Of a stretch of DNA of 20,000 nucleotides, positions 1 to 8,155 are shown in pieces. Below the pieces are notes generated by a model. The model was given only the letters and a program-made list of their open reading frames with translations, searched no databases and had not been told where the DNA came from. The position numbers were made by a program, and so were the translations under genes. The first letter of the stretch is position 1, and each line of letters opens with the position of its first letter. Source of the stretch: an uncultured virus (IMG/VR IMGVR_UViG_3300038805_000372) (Duplodnaviria > Heunggongvirae > Uroviricota > Caudoviricetes); the IMG/VR virus record IMGVR_UViG_3300038805_000372, one strand, 5' to 3'.

Positions 1-2
1 GA

Positions 3-2507
3 AGATACGGAAAAATAGTTGATAACATTGGTTTGCTTAATGATTTATCAGAAATACTTCATCAGCCAGAAAATTCATTCGCTATTGAATATAATAAAAA
101 AATTATGTCATTTTTTGAGGCGATGTATCCTTATGTAAATGCTACATTCAAAGACATTAATGGTTTAGAACTTCCAAATGACGCTGTTGTTATTAAAAAG
201 GCGTTTGATTCTATTAGCGCAGAGGAAAAATCAGAGTTATTAAAAGGTTTTCCAACGGTTGAAGATTTTTCGCAAATTTATATCCCTTATAGAAATGCTC
301 GTGGTTCTTATAGTGGGAAAAATACTTTCGATGTAAATAATATTCTTGATTTAGGTGTTTTTGATGGTCTTGCACAAGCATTAACAAATAGTTCTTCTGA
401 ACTTGTAATTGATAGTATTAACAATCTTATGCCAGAATATTCAAAAGAAGTCGCTAATTACTACGGTCTATATCGTATCGCGAGAGACTTAAATGAAATG
501 TTTGGAACGCAAGAACAAGTTCCTGGCACAATTCAAGAAACAAATCTTGCTCAAAAAATGGTCTTATTAAGTCCAAATATTGTAAAATATTATGAGGAAT
601 TATTAAAGGATATAGCCGGATATTCTACGCAAAAAGATACGACATCACAAAAATTTGATAAATTTATGGCTAAATTACGCAAAAATTATTTTAGAGCGTC
701 ATTAGCGATTAACGCAAAAGTCATAGCAACTCAATTTGCATCAATGATTACTTGTGGAACAATATTTGGAAAAGGTAGTAACCCTTTAACTAACGCTGGT
801 TTTATGGCTCGGTTTATGAAAAATCTTTTTACCGCTGGCTCAAAAACAAGAGCAAAATATCTTGTTGAAAATAGTGAAATATATAAAAATAGAGCAAGAT
901 TATCAACATACGAAGTAAGCGAAGCAACAGAAAAAATTTGGACTAAAAATCCAGTAGAAAATGCTGTCGAGTTTTTGATGCGTGGTATTACGCTAACAGA
1001 CAATATGATTAACCGCGCTTTGTTTGTTACTCTCGTAGAAGATGGATATAGCGAACAAGAAGCAATGGAGAAAGTAGAACTCGCAATTTCTCGGTATCAA
1101 TCATCGGGGAACGCTATTGACCGCGCCGAATTGTTGAGGACAGAAAATCAAATTCTGCGACTCTTTACAAAGTTCTTGGGCGAACCTATGAAAATGCTTA
1201 CGAATTTTTATGGAATATCAAAAAAATTAAATATAATCAATAAATACGAAAAAAATAAAAATGAAATAATTAAACATTTTGATAATAAAAAAATTGAGGA
1301 AGATAAAAAATTAATTGTTAAAAAAGAAGAAATGCGTTTACGCTATGAATATGAAGCGTCACCAGCGTTCCAAGAGTTATCAGAAAAAGATAAACGAAAA
1401 TATACTGCCGAAACGCAAAAGAAGCAAAGTGCTTATAACGCTTTAGAATACGAAGTTGATAGAGCAAAACGGATGTATGACATCGTTAAATCAAATGTTC
1501 AAGAGGTTATAAATAGCAAGGCGGAAACAAAAGAAAAATTAGGGCGTTTAGTTAGCGCGTTTGCTGGCTCTCTATTGTGGCAAGTGTTTTTAGGTGTTGC
1601 GTTTAAGATGCTTCGTGGTGGCGCAAAAGATAAACCAGAAGATGAAGAAATGTGGGCATATTTAGGTAAGATGTTTGGTTTCCAATTAGCCACTGAACTT
1701 GTCGGTTATTTGCCATTTGTGCGTGATGTATATACAGTTGTCATCAATGGATACTCTGGACACGAAATTGACGAACTGCAACCGTTTAATGACTTATTTT
1801 TACAAATGAATTATCTAATTAGCGATATAGTGAATGGCGGAGATTTTAACGCAGGACGACACATAAGACAATTCTCTATTTCTCTTGGCTCTATTCTTGG
1901 GATACCGGTGCGTAATATAGAAAGATTATTTACGACTCCAATGTCGTGGTTTAGTCAATCATCTTCATTTACATATAAATCGGCAACAGGTCAAAGAGTG
2001 GATGTGAATCAAGAATTAACAAACGCTATTGCTAATCAAGATGAAAAACTAATTGAAGCGGTTATTGCGCAAAAACTAAATAGCAGAAACATAATGTTAG
2101 GTCAAGATGTCATAGATGAAATAGAACGACTGGCGAGTGTTAATGGCGAAATGATTACCATATCTGGTGACTATGGAAAGTTTACAGTTGATGGCAAAGA
2201 ATATGTATTAACGCGCGAACAGCAAGAAAAGTTTACAGAAATATATAGCCGAGCCGATTATATTGCTTCTAAAATTATTAAATCAGCAGAATACAAGCAA
2301 TTAAGTGATGAATATAAAGCAAAATTTTTAACTTCCATATTTAATTATTTTTATAAAATGGCAAAACAAGAAATTAGCGGTATTGAACAAATTGCGAAAA
2401 AAAATTATTTTACAAATCTCGCTGATGCTTACGACTATTTTATTACTGCTGTCGCTAAAAGACTTTATAATACGATGATTAACGAACAAGAAAAAAAAGA
2501 AGCATAA
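3..2507 (+). CDS. C-terminal part of a very large helical phage protein, probably virion/internal (ejection-type); 5' truncated by the window
   Basis: Frame is open from position 3 (aga tac gga aaa...), so the start lies upstream. >830 aa, helical, with a coiled-coil stretch and hydrophobic segments. Function inferred only from size and phage context. Confidence 0.55.
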   Translation, partial: RYGKIVDNIGLLNDLSEILHQPENSFAIEYNKKIMSFFEAMYPYVNATFKDINGLELPNDAVVIKKAFDSISAEEKSELLKGFPTVEDFSQIYIPYRNARGSYSGKNTFDVNNILDLGVFDGLAQALTNSSSELVIDSINNLMPEYSKEVANYYGLYRIARDLNEMFGTQEQVPGTIQETNLAQKMVLLSPNIVKYYEELLKDIAGYSTQKDTTSQKFDKFMAKLRKNYFRASLAINAKVIATQFASMITCGTIFGKGSNPLTNAGFMARFMKNLFTAGSKTRAKYLVENSEIYKNRARLSTYEVSEATEKIWTKNPVENAVEFLMRGITLTDNMINRALFVTLVEDGYSEQEAMEKVELAISRYQSSGNAIDRAELLRTENQILRLFTKFLGEPMKMLTNFYGISKKLNIINKYEKNKNEIIKHFDNKKIEEDKKLIVKKEEMRLRYEYEASPAFQELSEKDKRKYTAETQKKQSAYNALEYEVDRAKRMYDIVKSNVQEVINSKAETKEKLGRLVSAFAGSLLWQVFLGVAFKMLRGGAKDKPEDEEMWAYLGKMFGFQLATELVGYLPFVRDVYTVVINGYSGHEIDELQPFNDLFLQMNYLISDIVNGGDFNAGRHIRQFSISLGSILGIPVRNIERLFTTPMSWFSQSSSFTYKSATGQRVDVNQELTNAIANQDEKLIEAVIAQKLNSRNIMLGQDVIDEIERLASVNGEMITISGDYGKFTVDGKEYVLTREQQEKFTEIYSRADYIASKIIKSAEYKQLSDEYKAKFLTSIFNYFYKMAKQEISGIEQIAKKNYFTNLADAYDYFITAVAKRLYNTMINEQEKKEA

Positions 2508-2654
2508 TTACTCCTTTTTAATTATCACTTCTAATTTTTGGCACTCTTCATAGAGTTCCTTTTGGTATCGAATCAAATCGGTTTTGCTTGGATTATCGCC
2601 CAACTTTTCAGCAATGTAGCGAATATTGAACAACGCTATTTCTAATTTATTCAT
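2508..2654 (-). CDS. small hypothetical protein (48 aa, MNKLEIALFNIRYIAEKLGDNPSK...)
   Basis: Translated manually. ATGA overlap with the upstream ORF; its stop abuts the stop of the + strand gene. Confidence 0.6.
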   Translation of the reverse strand: MNKLEIALFNIRYIAEKLGDNPSKTDLIRYQKELYEECQKLEVIIKKE

Positions 2655-2752
2655 ATACTAAATGCTATACAAAGTGATATCGCAATCGAGATTACAAGGA
2701 TAGCGACAAGAATACCGCATAAAGCATATATCAATTTATCGGTTAGTTTCAT
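2651..2752 (-). CDS. small single-TM membrane protein (33 aa, MKLTDKLIYALCGILVAILVISIAISLCIAFSI)
   Basis: Translated manually. ATGA overlaps at both ends, GAGG SD upstream, one hydrophobic helix. Confidence 0.6.
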   Translation of the reverse strand: MKLTDKLIYALCGILVAILVISIAISLCIAFSI

Positions 2753-2964
2753 TTACTTTTCCTCTCTTTAAGTAATTTATATTTTGCTAATCTTTTTCTG
2801 GTTCTTTCAGTATAGGAAGTGAAATAATATTGAGCAGTTAAGTTGTTATTGGCTATATGTTGTAAAAACTCATCAAAGTTTTTATACCATCCTATTACAC
2901 ACCGATTCCACACTCTCCATCTTCTACAATGAGGTAACCACTCAACAATCAATGTTCTTTTCAT
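2749..2964 (-). CDS. hypothetical protein (71 aa)
   Basis: ORF track; AAGGA SD; tightly packed in the operon. Confidence 0.65.
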   Translation of the reverse strand: MKRTLIVEWLPHCRRWRVWNRCVIGWYKNFDEFLQHIANNNLTAQYYFTSYTERTRKRLAKYKLLKERKSK

Positions 2965-3099
2965 TTACTTGTCCTTGCTTTCTAATTGGGATAAAACTTT
3001 TTTGTAAGATTCAATGGATAAGTCAATAAATCGCCGTTTGTTTTCCAAATCAGCAATTATGGCTTTTGTTTCGGCAATCTTCTTTTCTTTGGCGTTCAT
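2965..3099 (-). CDS. small coiled-coil hypothetical protein (44 aa, MNAKEKKIAETKAIIADLENKRRF...)
   Basis: Translated manually. ATGA overlap with 3096..3425; fills the gap exactly. Confidence 0.6.
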   Translation of the reverse strand: MNAKEKKIAETKAIIADLENKRRFIDLSIESYKKVLSQLESKDK

Positions 3100-3425
3100 A
3101 TCAGTTCTAACTCTCCTCTCTCATTCAGTTTGGCGACATAGATTAGACCTTTATCAGTCCAAATCGCACCGAAGATTATATAATCGAGATTGATATTTTT
3201 ACCATAATTTAATTGGTCTCTCATTTCTCTTTTCAAATCGCCAAATGAATAGCGAACATATTGTCTCGCTGTGCTATATGGGTATTCCTTTTTATTCCAA
3301 ATCCATATCAACTCATCACACAATTCTTCAACAGTATCAGCCACTTTGTTTGTAGTTAACTTTGCCATTAGACTATTGTCATCTGCAACTAATATTCTTC
3401 CATCTTTAGTTCTAATGTATTTCAT
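3096..3425 (-). CDS. hypothetical phage protein (109 aa)
   Basis: ORF track; AAGGAG SD; ATGA overlaps. Confidence 0.75.
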   Translation of the reverse strand: MKYIRTKDGRILVADDNSLMAKLTTNKVADTVEELCDELIWIWNKKEYPYSTARQYVRYSFGDLKREMRDQLNYGKNINLDYIIFGAIWTDKGLIYVAKLNERGELELI

Positions 3426-3640
3426 ACTTTGCTCCTTTTCAGTTTATTGAATGTTCTAATTGCCATTCTTAATTTGTCTTTGATGATGGTAATACTATTA
3501 TCTGCATTGATGATTTTGATGATGGCGTAGTATGGTTTACTATCGTATGGCACAACCTTCCAAAGTTTAATGTTTGGTGCTTCTTTGAGGATATAAAACT
3601 TTGTTCCTTTTGCGTTGTGTAGGGCTTCAAGGTTAATCAT
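3422..3640 (-). CDS. hypothetical protein (72 aa)
   Basis: ORF track; GGAG SD; ATGA overlaps. Confidence 0.7.
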   Translation of the reverse strand: MINLEALHNAKGTKFYILKEAPNIKLWKVVPYDSKPYYAIIKIINADNSITIIKDKLRMAIRTFNKLKRSKV

Positions 3641-4131
3641 TGTTCATCGCTCCAAACTAATTTAATGAGATGCGATAATGGTATTCTATCTAAACATTGA
3701 TAATGTCCTTCAGCAGTTCTTTTGAACCAATTATGAGATTGCTTATTCATTTCAACCGCATAAATAGTCTTCCCATATTTTAAGGCGATTTCTAAATCAT
3801 CAGTAAAGAATGTTCCACGAACTAAAAAGTCATCTAACATTTCAGAATTTGTGCCATGAAATAAATATACTTTTGTTTGTGTTCCTTCTATCACCTTAAC
3901 ATAATTACTTTTTGGCTGAATTTCATTTTCATAAACAACCTGTTTACACCACTTAAAAATCATTCCGTTTTCACAATATGCTTGAAACGCAAGATAAGAT
4001 AGCGAGTATAAATTAAACTTAACATTAGGCGTTAAATCGGGCGTTGTCCATTCAACTTCAACACCACACGCTCCATTATCAAGCATCTTAAATTTGGCAC
4101 TTCTAATTTCAATATCTTCTGGTTTAATCAT
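3637..4131 (-). CDS. hypothetical protein with a C-terminal ADP-ribosyltransferase-like motif set
   Basis: LFHGT...GTFFTDDLEIALKYG...IYAV resembles the H-G-T / F-T...A..Y pattern of H-Y-E class ART folds. The ORF is solid; the function is tentative. Confidence 0.5.
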   Translation of the reverse strand: MIKPEDIEIRSAKFKMLDNGACGVEVEWTTPDLTPNVKFNLYSLSYLAFQAYCENGMIFKWCKQVVYENEIQPKSNYVKVIEGTQTKVYLFHGTNSEMLDDFLVRGTFFTDDLEIALKYGKTIYAVEMNKQSHNWFKRTAEGHYQCLDRIPLSHLIKLVWSDEQ

Positions 4132-4400
4132 TTTTCATCGCTCCAATCTTTATCAAATTTTGTCCCACATTCACAGCAGTATTTATCACCGGTATAGGTT
4201 TCCATACGGCATACGGGGCATAGCCCACGCTCAACTATACCGTTATAGTGTCTTACGCCAATAGGCGTCACGGGTTCATTGCGTTTGAGTGCATTTTTTA
4301 TAATATCTTGACTCTCGAAAATTTTTCCACGATGGTTTTCTCTGTTTCCAGCAACTGCAAGACTGACTAAATAATTTAACGCTTCTAATTCTTTGTTCAT
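4128..4400 (-). CDS. zinc-ribbon protein (90 aa)
   Basis: CPVC...YCCECG motif near the C terminus, common in small phage proteins. Confidence 0.7.
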   Translation of the reverse strand: MNKELEALNYLVSLAVAGNRENHRGKIFESQDIIKNALKRNEPVTPIGVRHYNGIVERGLCPVCRMETYTGDKYCCECGTKFDKDWSDEK

Positions 4401-4416
4401 AAGAATAGTTCCTTTA

Positions 4417-4653
4417 CTATTTTTTACTTAAAATTTCATCTAATTCGGCAGATGATTTAATGTGGTGCTTGGCTAATACATCTTCCAACTCACCCAGCGT
4501 GTCAATAGCCATAGTTAAGTTTCCGTCGGCGTATATTTCAATGTTCCTATATTCGCCTCTTTGAAGTTCATACATTTCTTTGTATGTAGGATTCTTTAAT
4601 TCATATTTGCAAAAATAGTTGGTATCTACTTTTATTTTTCTTGTGTGCCTCAT
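4417..4653 (-). CDS. hypothetical protein (78 aa)
   Basis: ORF track; AAGGA SD. Confidence 0.7.
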   Translation of the reverse strand: MRHTRKIKVDTNYFCKYELKNPTYKEMYELQRGEYRNIEIYADGNLTMAIDTLGELEDVLAKHHIKSSAELDEILSKK

Positions 4654-4683
4654 AATGTTTTCCTTCTTTCTTTTATTTTTCCG

Positions 4684-4749
4684 AGCGTCGCATTACTGCT
4701 TTTGTCGGTTTTGTCGGTTTTCATAAGCATTACGAAGACACCGGACGCT
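4684..4749 (-). other. intergenic stem-loop element with internal direct repeats (candidate structured RNA)
   Basis: Outer stem AGCGTC/GACGCT, inner stem TGCTT/AAGCA, tandem CCGACAAAA x2, GTAATGC x2. Confidence 0.4.
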
Positions 4750-4755
4750 ATAATT

Positions 4756-4959
4756 TTAATATCCACCACTCATCGAAACTAATAACACAATGATACCTGT
4801 AACCGTATATATGATAAAATAAGTTAAAAGTCCATATCCAGCACCGCGCCTAATGTTTCTACCACCGATGGCAAAGGCGATGATTAAACCGATAAGCCCT
4901 AATAAGAAACCTAACGCAAAGCCACCACCGAAACTGCTATTGTCAATATCGTTATTCAT
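4756..4959 (-). CDS. small 2-TM membrane protein (67 aa from ATG 4959)
   Basis: GGAGGT SD before ATG 4959; Gly-rich hydrophobic helix (GFALGFLLGLIGLIIAFAIGG). Confidence 0.7.
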   Translation of the reverse strand: MNNDIDNSSFGGGFALGFLLGLIGLIIAFAIGGRNIRRGAGYGLLTYFIIYTVTGIIVLLVSMSGGY

Positions 4960-4960
4960 A

Positions 4961-5206
4961 TTACTTACCTCCTTTCTTTTCACTTTTTATATAACTTGTA
5001 ATTATCGCTGATGATGTAATTAGAAACGCAATGGTGCTTATAACAACCCAATTCAGCATACAAACCTCGATGTCTAATTCAATACCGTCAATAAGATAAG
5101 TTAGTGCAAAAGTTAGTGCGATAACCATAAAGAAGAATGTATATGTTGTTAAAAACGATATGACCGTTAGACATATACAATTAAATATTTTTTCTAATGT
5201 TTTCAT
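4961..5206 (-). CDS. small 2-TM membrane protein (MKTLEKIFNC...)
   Basis: Probable start ATG 5206 with AAGGA SD, overlapping the stop of the DedA-like gene; two hydrophobic segments. Confidence 0.65.
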   Translation of the reverse strand: MKTLEKIFNCICLTVISFLTTYTFFFMVIALTFALTYLIDGIELDIEVCMLNWVVISTIAFLITSSAIITSYIKSEKKGGK

Positions 5207-5940
5207 AATTTTCCTTTCTTTTCTATTCTCTTGCTGACTTTTGAGCCAACAATGAAAATCACAATTAACCAAAACGCACACGAAGTTATGAACACAAACC
5301 AATCTAATAATGTGAATGTAGCATAATCGAAAATGTTTGTGCCTAATACACAAATTGTCAATATGCCTAAACCCCTAAAAATAACTACATAGATTAAATG
5401 TCGCCAAAAGTTCATTTTTTGTAATCCAGCGACAAAGCACAATGCGTCATCGGGAAAAGCGGTTAATAGATACATAATAGGCAAGAACACTTTGGCTTTG
5501 CTATCAAGCAGTTTTTGGGCTTTTTCAATATCTTCTTTGCCTACTAACTTGATTGCGATTGCTTGACCACCATATCGACCGATTAAAAACATCATTTGAC
5601 TTGAAATAGTAGTGCCAATTAGCAAGATGATAAATGTGGTTAATAGACCGCCAATCGTGCCATCGTTAAATAAAATGTTGCCTAATATCGCAAAGGTCAT
5701 AGCGGTTGCTGGAACGAAACATAATAGCGTTGTGATAACGATTTGAAACAATAGAAATATTGCCCAAGACCACACGCCAAACGAGCCAATAACATTTTGT
5801 AATTCAGCAATATCGGTAAACCCCAACGCTTCCATAGCGAAAAATAGTCCAATCGTTATTAAAGCGATGATTGCTATTGCGATAACAATGCCCAATACCG
5901 CCCTTTTATGCTCTTTAATGTAAGTTAATAGTTTGTTCAC
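5203..5940 (-). CDS. TVP38/TMEM64 (DedA superfamily, VTT/SNARE-associated domain) membrane protein
   Basis: Motifs LCFVPA...LGNILF, FLIGRYGG, FPDDALCFVAGLQKMNFWR...FRGLG are typical of TVP38/YdjX-type proteins. GTG start with AAGGAG SD. Confidence 0.8.
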   Translation of the reverse strand: MNKLLTYIKEHKRAVLGIVIAIAIIALITIGLFFAMEALGFTDIAELQNVIGSFGVWSWAIFLLFQIVITTLLCFVPATAMTFAILGNILFNDGTIGGLLTTFIILLIGTTISSQMMFLIGRYGGQAIAIKLVGKEDIEKAQKLLDSKAKVFLPIMYLLTAFPDDALCFVAGLQKMNFWRHLIYVVIFRGLGILTICVLGTNIFDYATFTLLDWFVFITSCAFWLIVIFIVGSKVSKRIEKKGKL

Positions 5941-6061
5941 TTTATTTGCTCCTTTATTTTATCTACATACTCATTGATAACTTGTGCATGGTCTTTAATG
6001 TGAATCGCCAATTAGTGAATGGCTTTAAGTATTTCCACAACCACGATATAAAGCGTTTCAC
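5937..6061 (-). pseudogene. probable internally deleted/frameshifted gene remnant
   Basis: GTG 6061 with AGGAG SD gives MKRFISWLWKYLKPFTNWRF... and stops at 5963. A shifted frame reads IKDHAQVINEYVDKIKEQIK-TGA and ends in a GTGA overlap with the next gene. Confidence 0.4.
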
Positions 6062-6357
6062 TTAATTGCTCCTGATTTAATCGCTAAATCATATAATCTT
6101 TTAATCGCTGATAAGTCTTTAATATTGACCGCATTAACGCCTACGGAAGCGATGTTCCCACTTTTATATAATCCGCATATTAGTTTGTCGGTTTCGTAAT
6201 TAGTAATACCGTAACTACCGCCAAAAAAACCACGATGTAAATACCATTTTTTATTAGTATCAATAGCAAGGTATCCTGTTAAAGTGAAAACATCACGATA
6301 GTCAGTTCTTTCAATGTTTCTAAAAATTGGCTCAATTTTAATTTCTTTGTATTTCAT
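6058..6357 (-). CDS. hypothetical protein (99 aa)
   Basis: ORF track; GGGAG SD; ATGA overlap with the methyltransferase. Confidence 0.7.
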   Translation of the reverse strand: MKYKEIKIEPIFRNIERTDYRDVFTLTGYLAIDTNKKWYLHRGFFGGSYGITNYETDKLICGLYKSGNIASVGVNAVNIKDLSAIKRLYDLAIKSGAIK

Positions 6358-7769
6358 CTAATCATCTCCCTTAATATTGCTTCAAATACATTTACAACGA
6401 TCCCATTACCGGCTTGTCTATAAAGTTGGGAATTACTAACACCTGCATTTTTGGCTTTATAGAAGTCCTCATCGCTGATACCCATTAAACGCCAACATTC
6501 AAGGGGGGTTGATTTGCGAATGCGATACCATTTATTTAGTGCTCTATAATATGCTTTACCATCAATTTCGATAACCTTGTAATCATTATTGGTTTCGTCT
6601 TGCGATATATGATCGAATAAAACCACTCCTATATCATTTCCACTTGTCTTAATGGTTTGCGTCATGCCTTTTTGAACAACACCCCGTTTTTGATGTGGAC
6701 GATTGATATAAATGCCATCGCCATCGGTTGCTTCGGCATAACCTTTTGTAGTTGCTTCTTTAATTAAAACGGTTGCTTCTTCTTTAATTAGAACAGATGC
6801 GGTTGAACCCGTTGCACCGCATTGACTTGTAATTGTTGGTGAAACATCTTTGATTTCGGTTTTATTATACGGATTAAAAAAATCTGGTATATACCCGTTT
6901 TCTTCATAAAACTCTCTATATTTTTTGGCGATGAATGAATCTTCTTTGACTTCTTCCGCCCAATAAGGGTCTAATGGTGATGTCCGTTGACCAGCGGGTA
7001 AAGCTCCGACAACGCCGCTTTCCATAGTTTTTTTAATGTTAAATCTAAATGCTTCTGCTCTTTCATATTTCCCAGTGCTTTTAGCAGTTAATGTTTTAAG
7101 ATTTTGCTCACTCAAATAGTATTTCTCATCAACTTCATCTTCAAGAACATCTTTTAAGCGTATTTTTAATGGTCGTTTGATAGGGAAATCACAAGCATAA
7201 TGTTCATTTTTTTTATCGCCGAGTATCGATACCATAAACACCCTATCTCGGTTTTGTGGTATCTCGAAATCTTTGGCATTGAGCACTTCGTTATAATTGG
7301 TATAACCGAGTTCTTCGAGTTCTCGCTGTATCTCATTAAATGCTTTGACAAACTTGACTTGCACTAAGTCAACAACATTTTCCATAATCAATACTTTTGG
7401 TTTAATAGTGGTAGCGTGCAATAACCGCAACACTTCATATACTAAACCGCTACGAGTGCCGCCGCTTAAACCCTTTTGTTTTCCGGCCTTTGATAAGTCA
7501 GTGCAAGGGAATGACCAAGTAAATATATCGCATTCAGGTATCGTTGCCATTTTGGTAATATCGCCATAGTTTTTAACTTCGCCATGAATTGCTTGATATG
7601 ATTTAATAGCATGAACATCGATTTCACTAAAACCTATTAACTCATATTTGTCAGTAATTCTCTTTAATGCCATCGCTTGACAACCGACACCAGAAAATGC
7701 CTCGAATAATCTAATCGGTTTTGACTTATCGAAATAAAATCTTGGGTATAGCATTTCAAATATATTCAT
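6354..7769 (-). CDS. dcm: DNA (cytosine-5)-methyltransferase
   Basis: Motifs I (FSGVG), IV (SFPC), VI (ENV), VIII (QNRDRVF), IX (RKSTPLECWRLMG) and X (QAGNGI), with a long variable region. Confidence 0.95.
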   Translation of the reverse strand: MNIFEMLYPRFYFDKSKPIRLFEAFSGVGCQAMALKRITDKYELIGFSEIDVHAIKSYQAIHGEVKNYGDITKMATIPECDIFTWSFPCTDLSKAGKQKGLSGGTRSGLVYEVLRLLHATTIKPKVLIMENVVDLVQVKFVKAFNEIQRELEELGYTNYNEVLNAKDFEIPQNRDRVFMVSILGDKKNEHYACDFPIKRPLKIRLKDVLEDEVDEKYYLSEQNLKTLTAKSTGKYERAEAFRFNIKKTMESGVVGALPAGQRTSPLDPYWAEEVKEDSFIAKKYREFYEENGYIPDFFNPYNKTEIKDVSPTITSQCGATGSTASVLIKEEATVLIKEATTKGYAEATDGDGIYINRPHQKRGVVQKGMTQTIKTSGNDIGVVLFDHISQDETNNDYKVIEIDGKAYYRALNKWYRIRKSTPLECWRLMGISDEDFYKAKNAGVSNSQLYRQAGNGIVVNVFEAILREMIR

Positions 7770-7929
7770 TTTTCCAACCTCTAAATCTTTCGTAGTTGTG
7801 CATTTCTTTGTAAAGTTTCCGTAGATATTTTTTATAATCGTTTTTCAAGTGATTGCTTTTCGATGTAGCAATAGCGACATTCACTCTCTCGATTTCATCT
7901 AATAATTCAAGGTAAGTAAATGTTTTCAT
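7756..7929 (-). CDS. small hypothetical protein (57 aa, MKTFTYLELLDEIERVNVAIATSKSNHLKNDYKKYLRKL...)
   Basis: Translated manually; overlaps the methyltransferase start. SD is weak. Confidence 0.6.
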   Translation of the reverse strand: MKTFTYLELLDEIERVNVAIATSKSNHLKNDYKKYLRKLYKEMHNYERFRGWKNEYI

Positions 7930-7993
7930 TGTGTTTCTTTCATAAACGCCCTAATTTCAAGCGTGATTTAGTTTTTAGTATAATTTATCAATT

Positions 7994-8041
7994 TAGTGCG
8001 TTTCGCTTAACCTTGCTTTGTCTTTGTAGCGAATGGCACTA
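7994..8041. other. imperfect hairpin TAGTGC-NN-TTCGCT...AGCGAA-NN-GCACTA
   Basis: Two 6-bp stems separated by a 2x2 internal loop; 20-nt loop. Confidence 0.5.
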
Positions 8042-8057
8042 TTTTACGCAATTAAGG

Positions 8058-8118
8058 GAGGTCGGTCAGCGTGGAGGAGTGTTTTGCTATGTGTGGATAT
8101 GTTCCGCCAATCGACCTC
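8058..8118 (-). ncRNA. candidate small RNA / structured 5' leader with a C-rich (anti-SD) loop
   Basis: GAGGTCGATTGGCG pairs with CGCTGACCGACCTC (14 positions: 1 mismatch, 2 G-U on the - strand). Loop contains ACACTCCTCCA. The 5' end lies 7 nt below the -10 of the promoter motif at 8125-8155. Confidence 0.5.
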
Positions 8119-8124
8119 ATAAGT

Positions 8125-8155
8125 AATATATCACAATCTTTTTCTATTATTAGTT
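8125..8155 (-). promoter_or_regulatory. phage-specific promoter motif copy 1 (AACTAATAATAG-N13-TATATT)
   Basis: Same box and spacing as three other copies; TG extended -10. Confidence 0.7.

Noticed and set aside
4684..4749. Hammerhead ribozyme (CUUAUGA resembling CUGAUGA) or intact twister
   Set aside because: No stem II followed by GAAA, and the twister GGUCNC core and pseudoknot partner are missing.
6354..7769. Restriction-modification system, or an intein/intron in the methyltransferase
   Set aside because: No cognate endonuclease recognised and no splicing motifs. The long variable region is common in orphan phage C5 methyltransferases.
8058..8118. HDV-like/theta ribozyme (7-bp P1-like GAGGTCG/CGACCTC and a TCCTC loop)
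   Set aside because: No GG after the P1 3' strand, and no P2/P3 nested pseudoknot or J4/2 catalytic C motif found.
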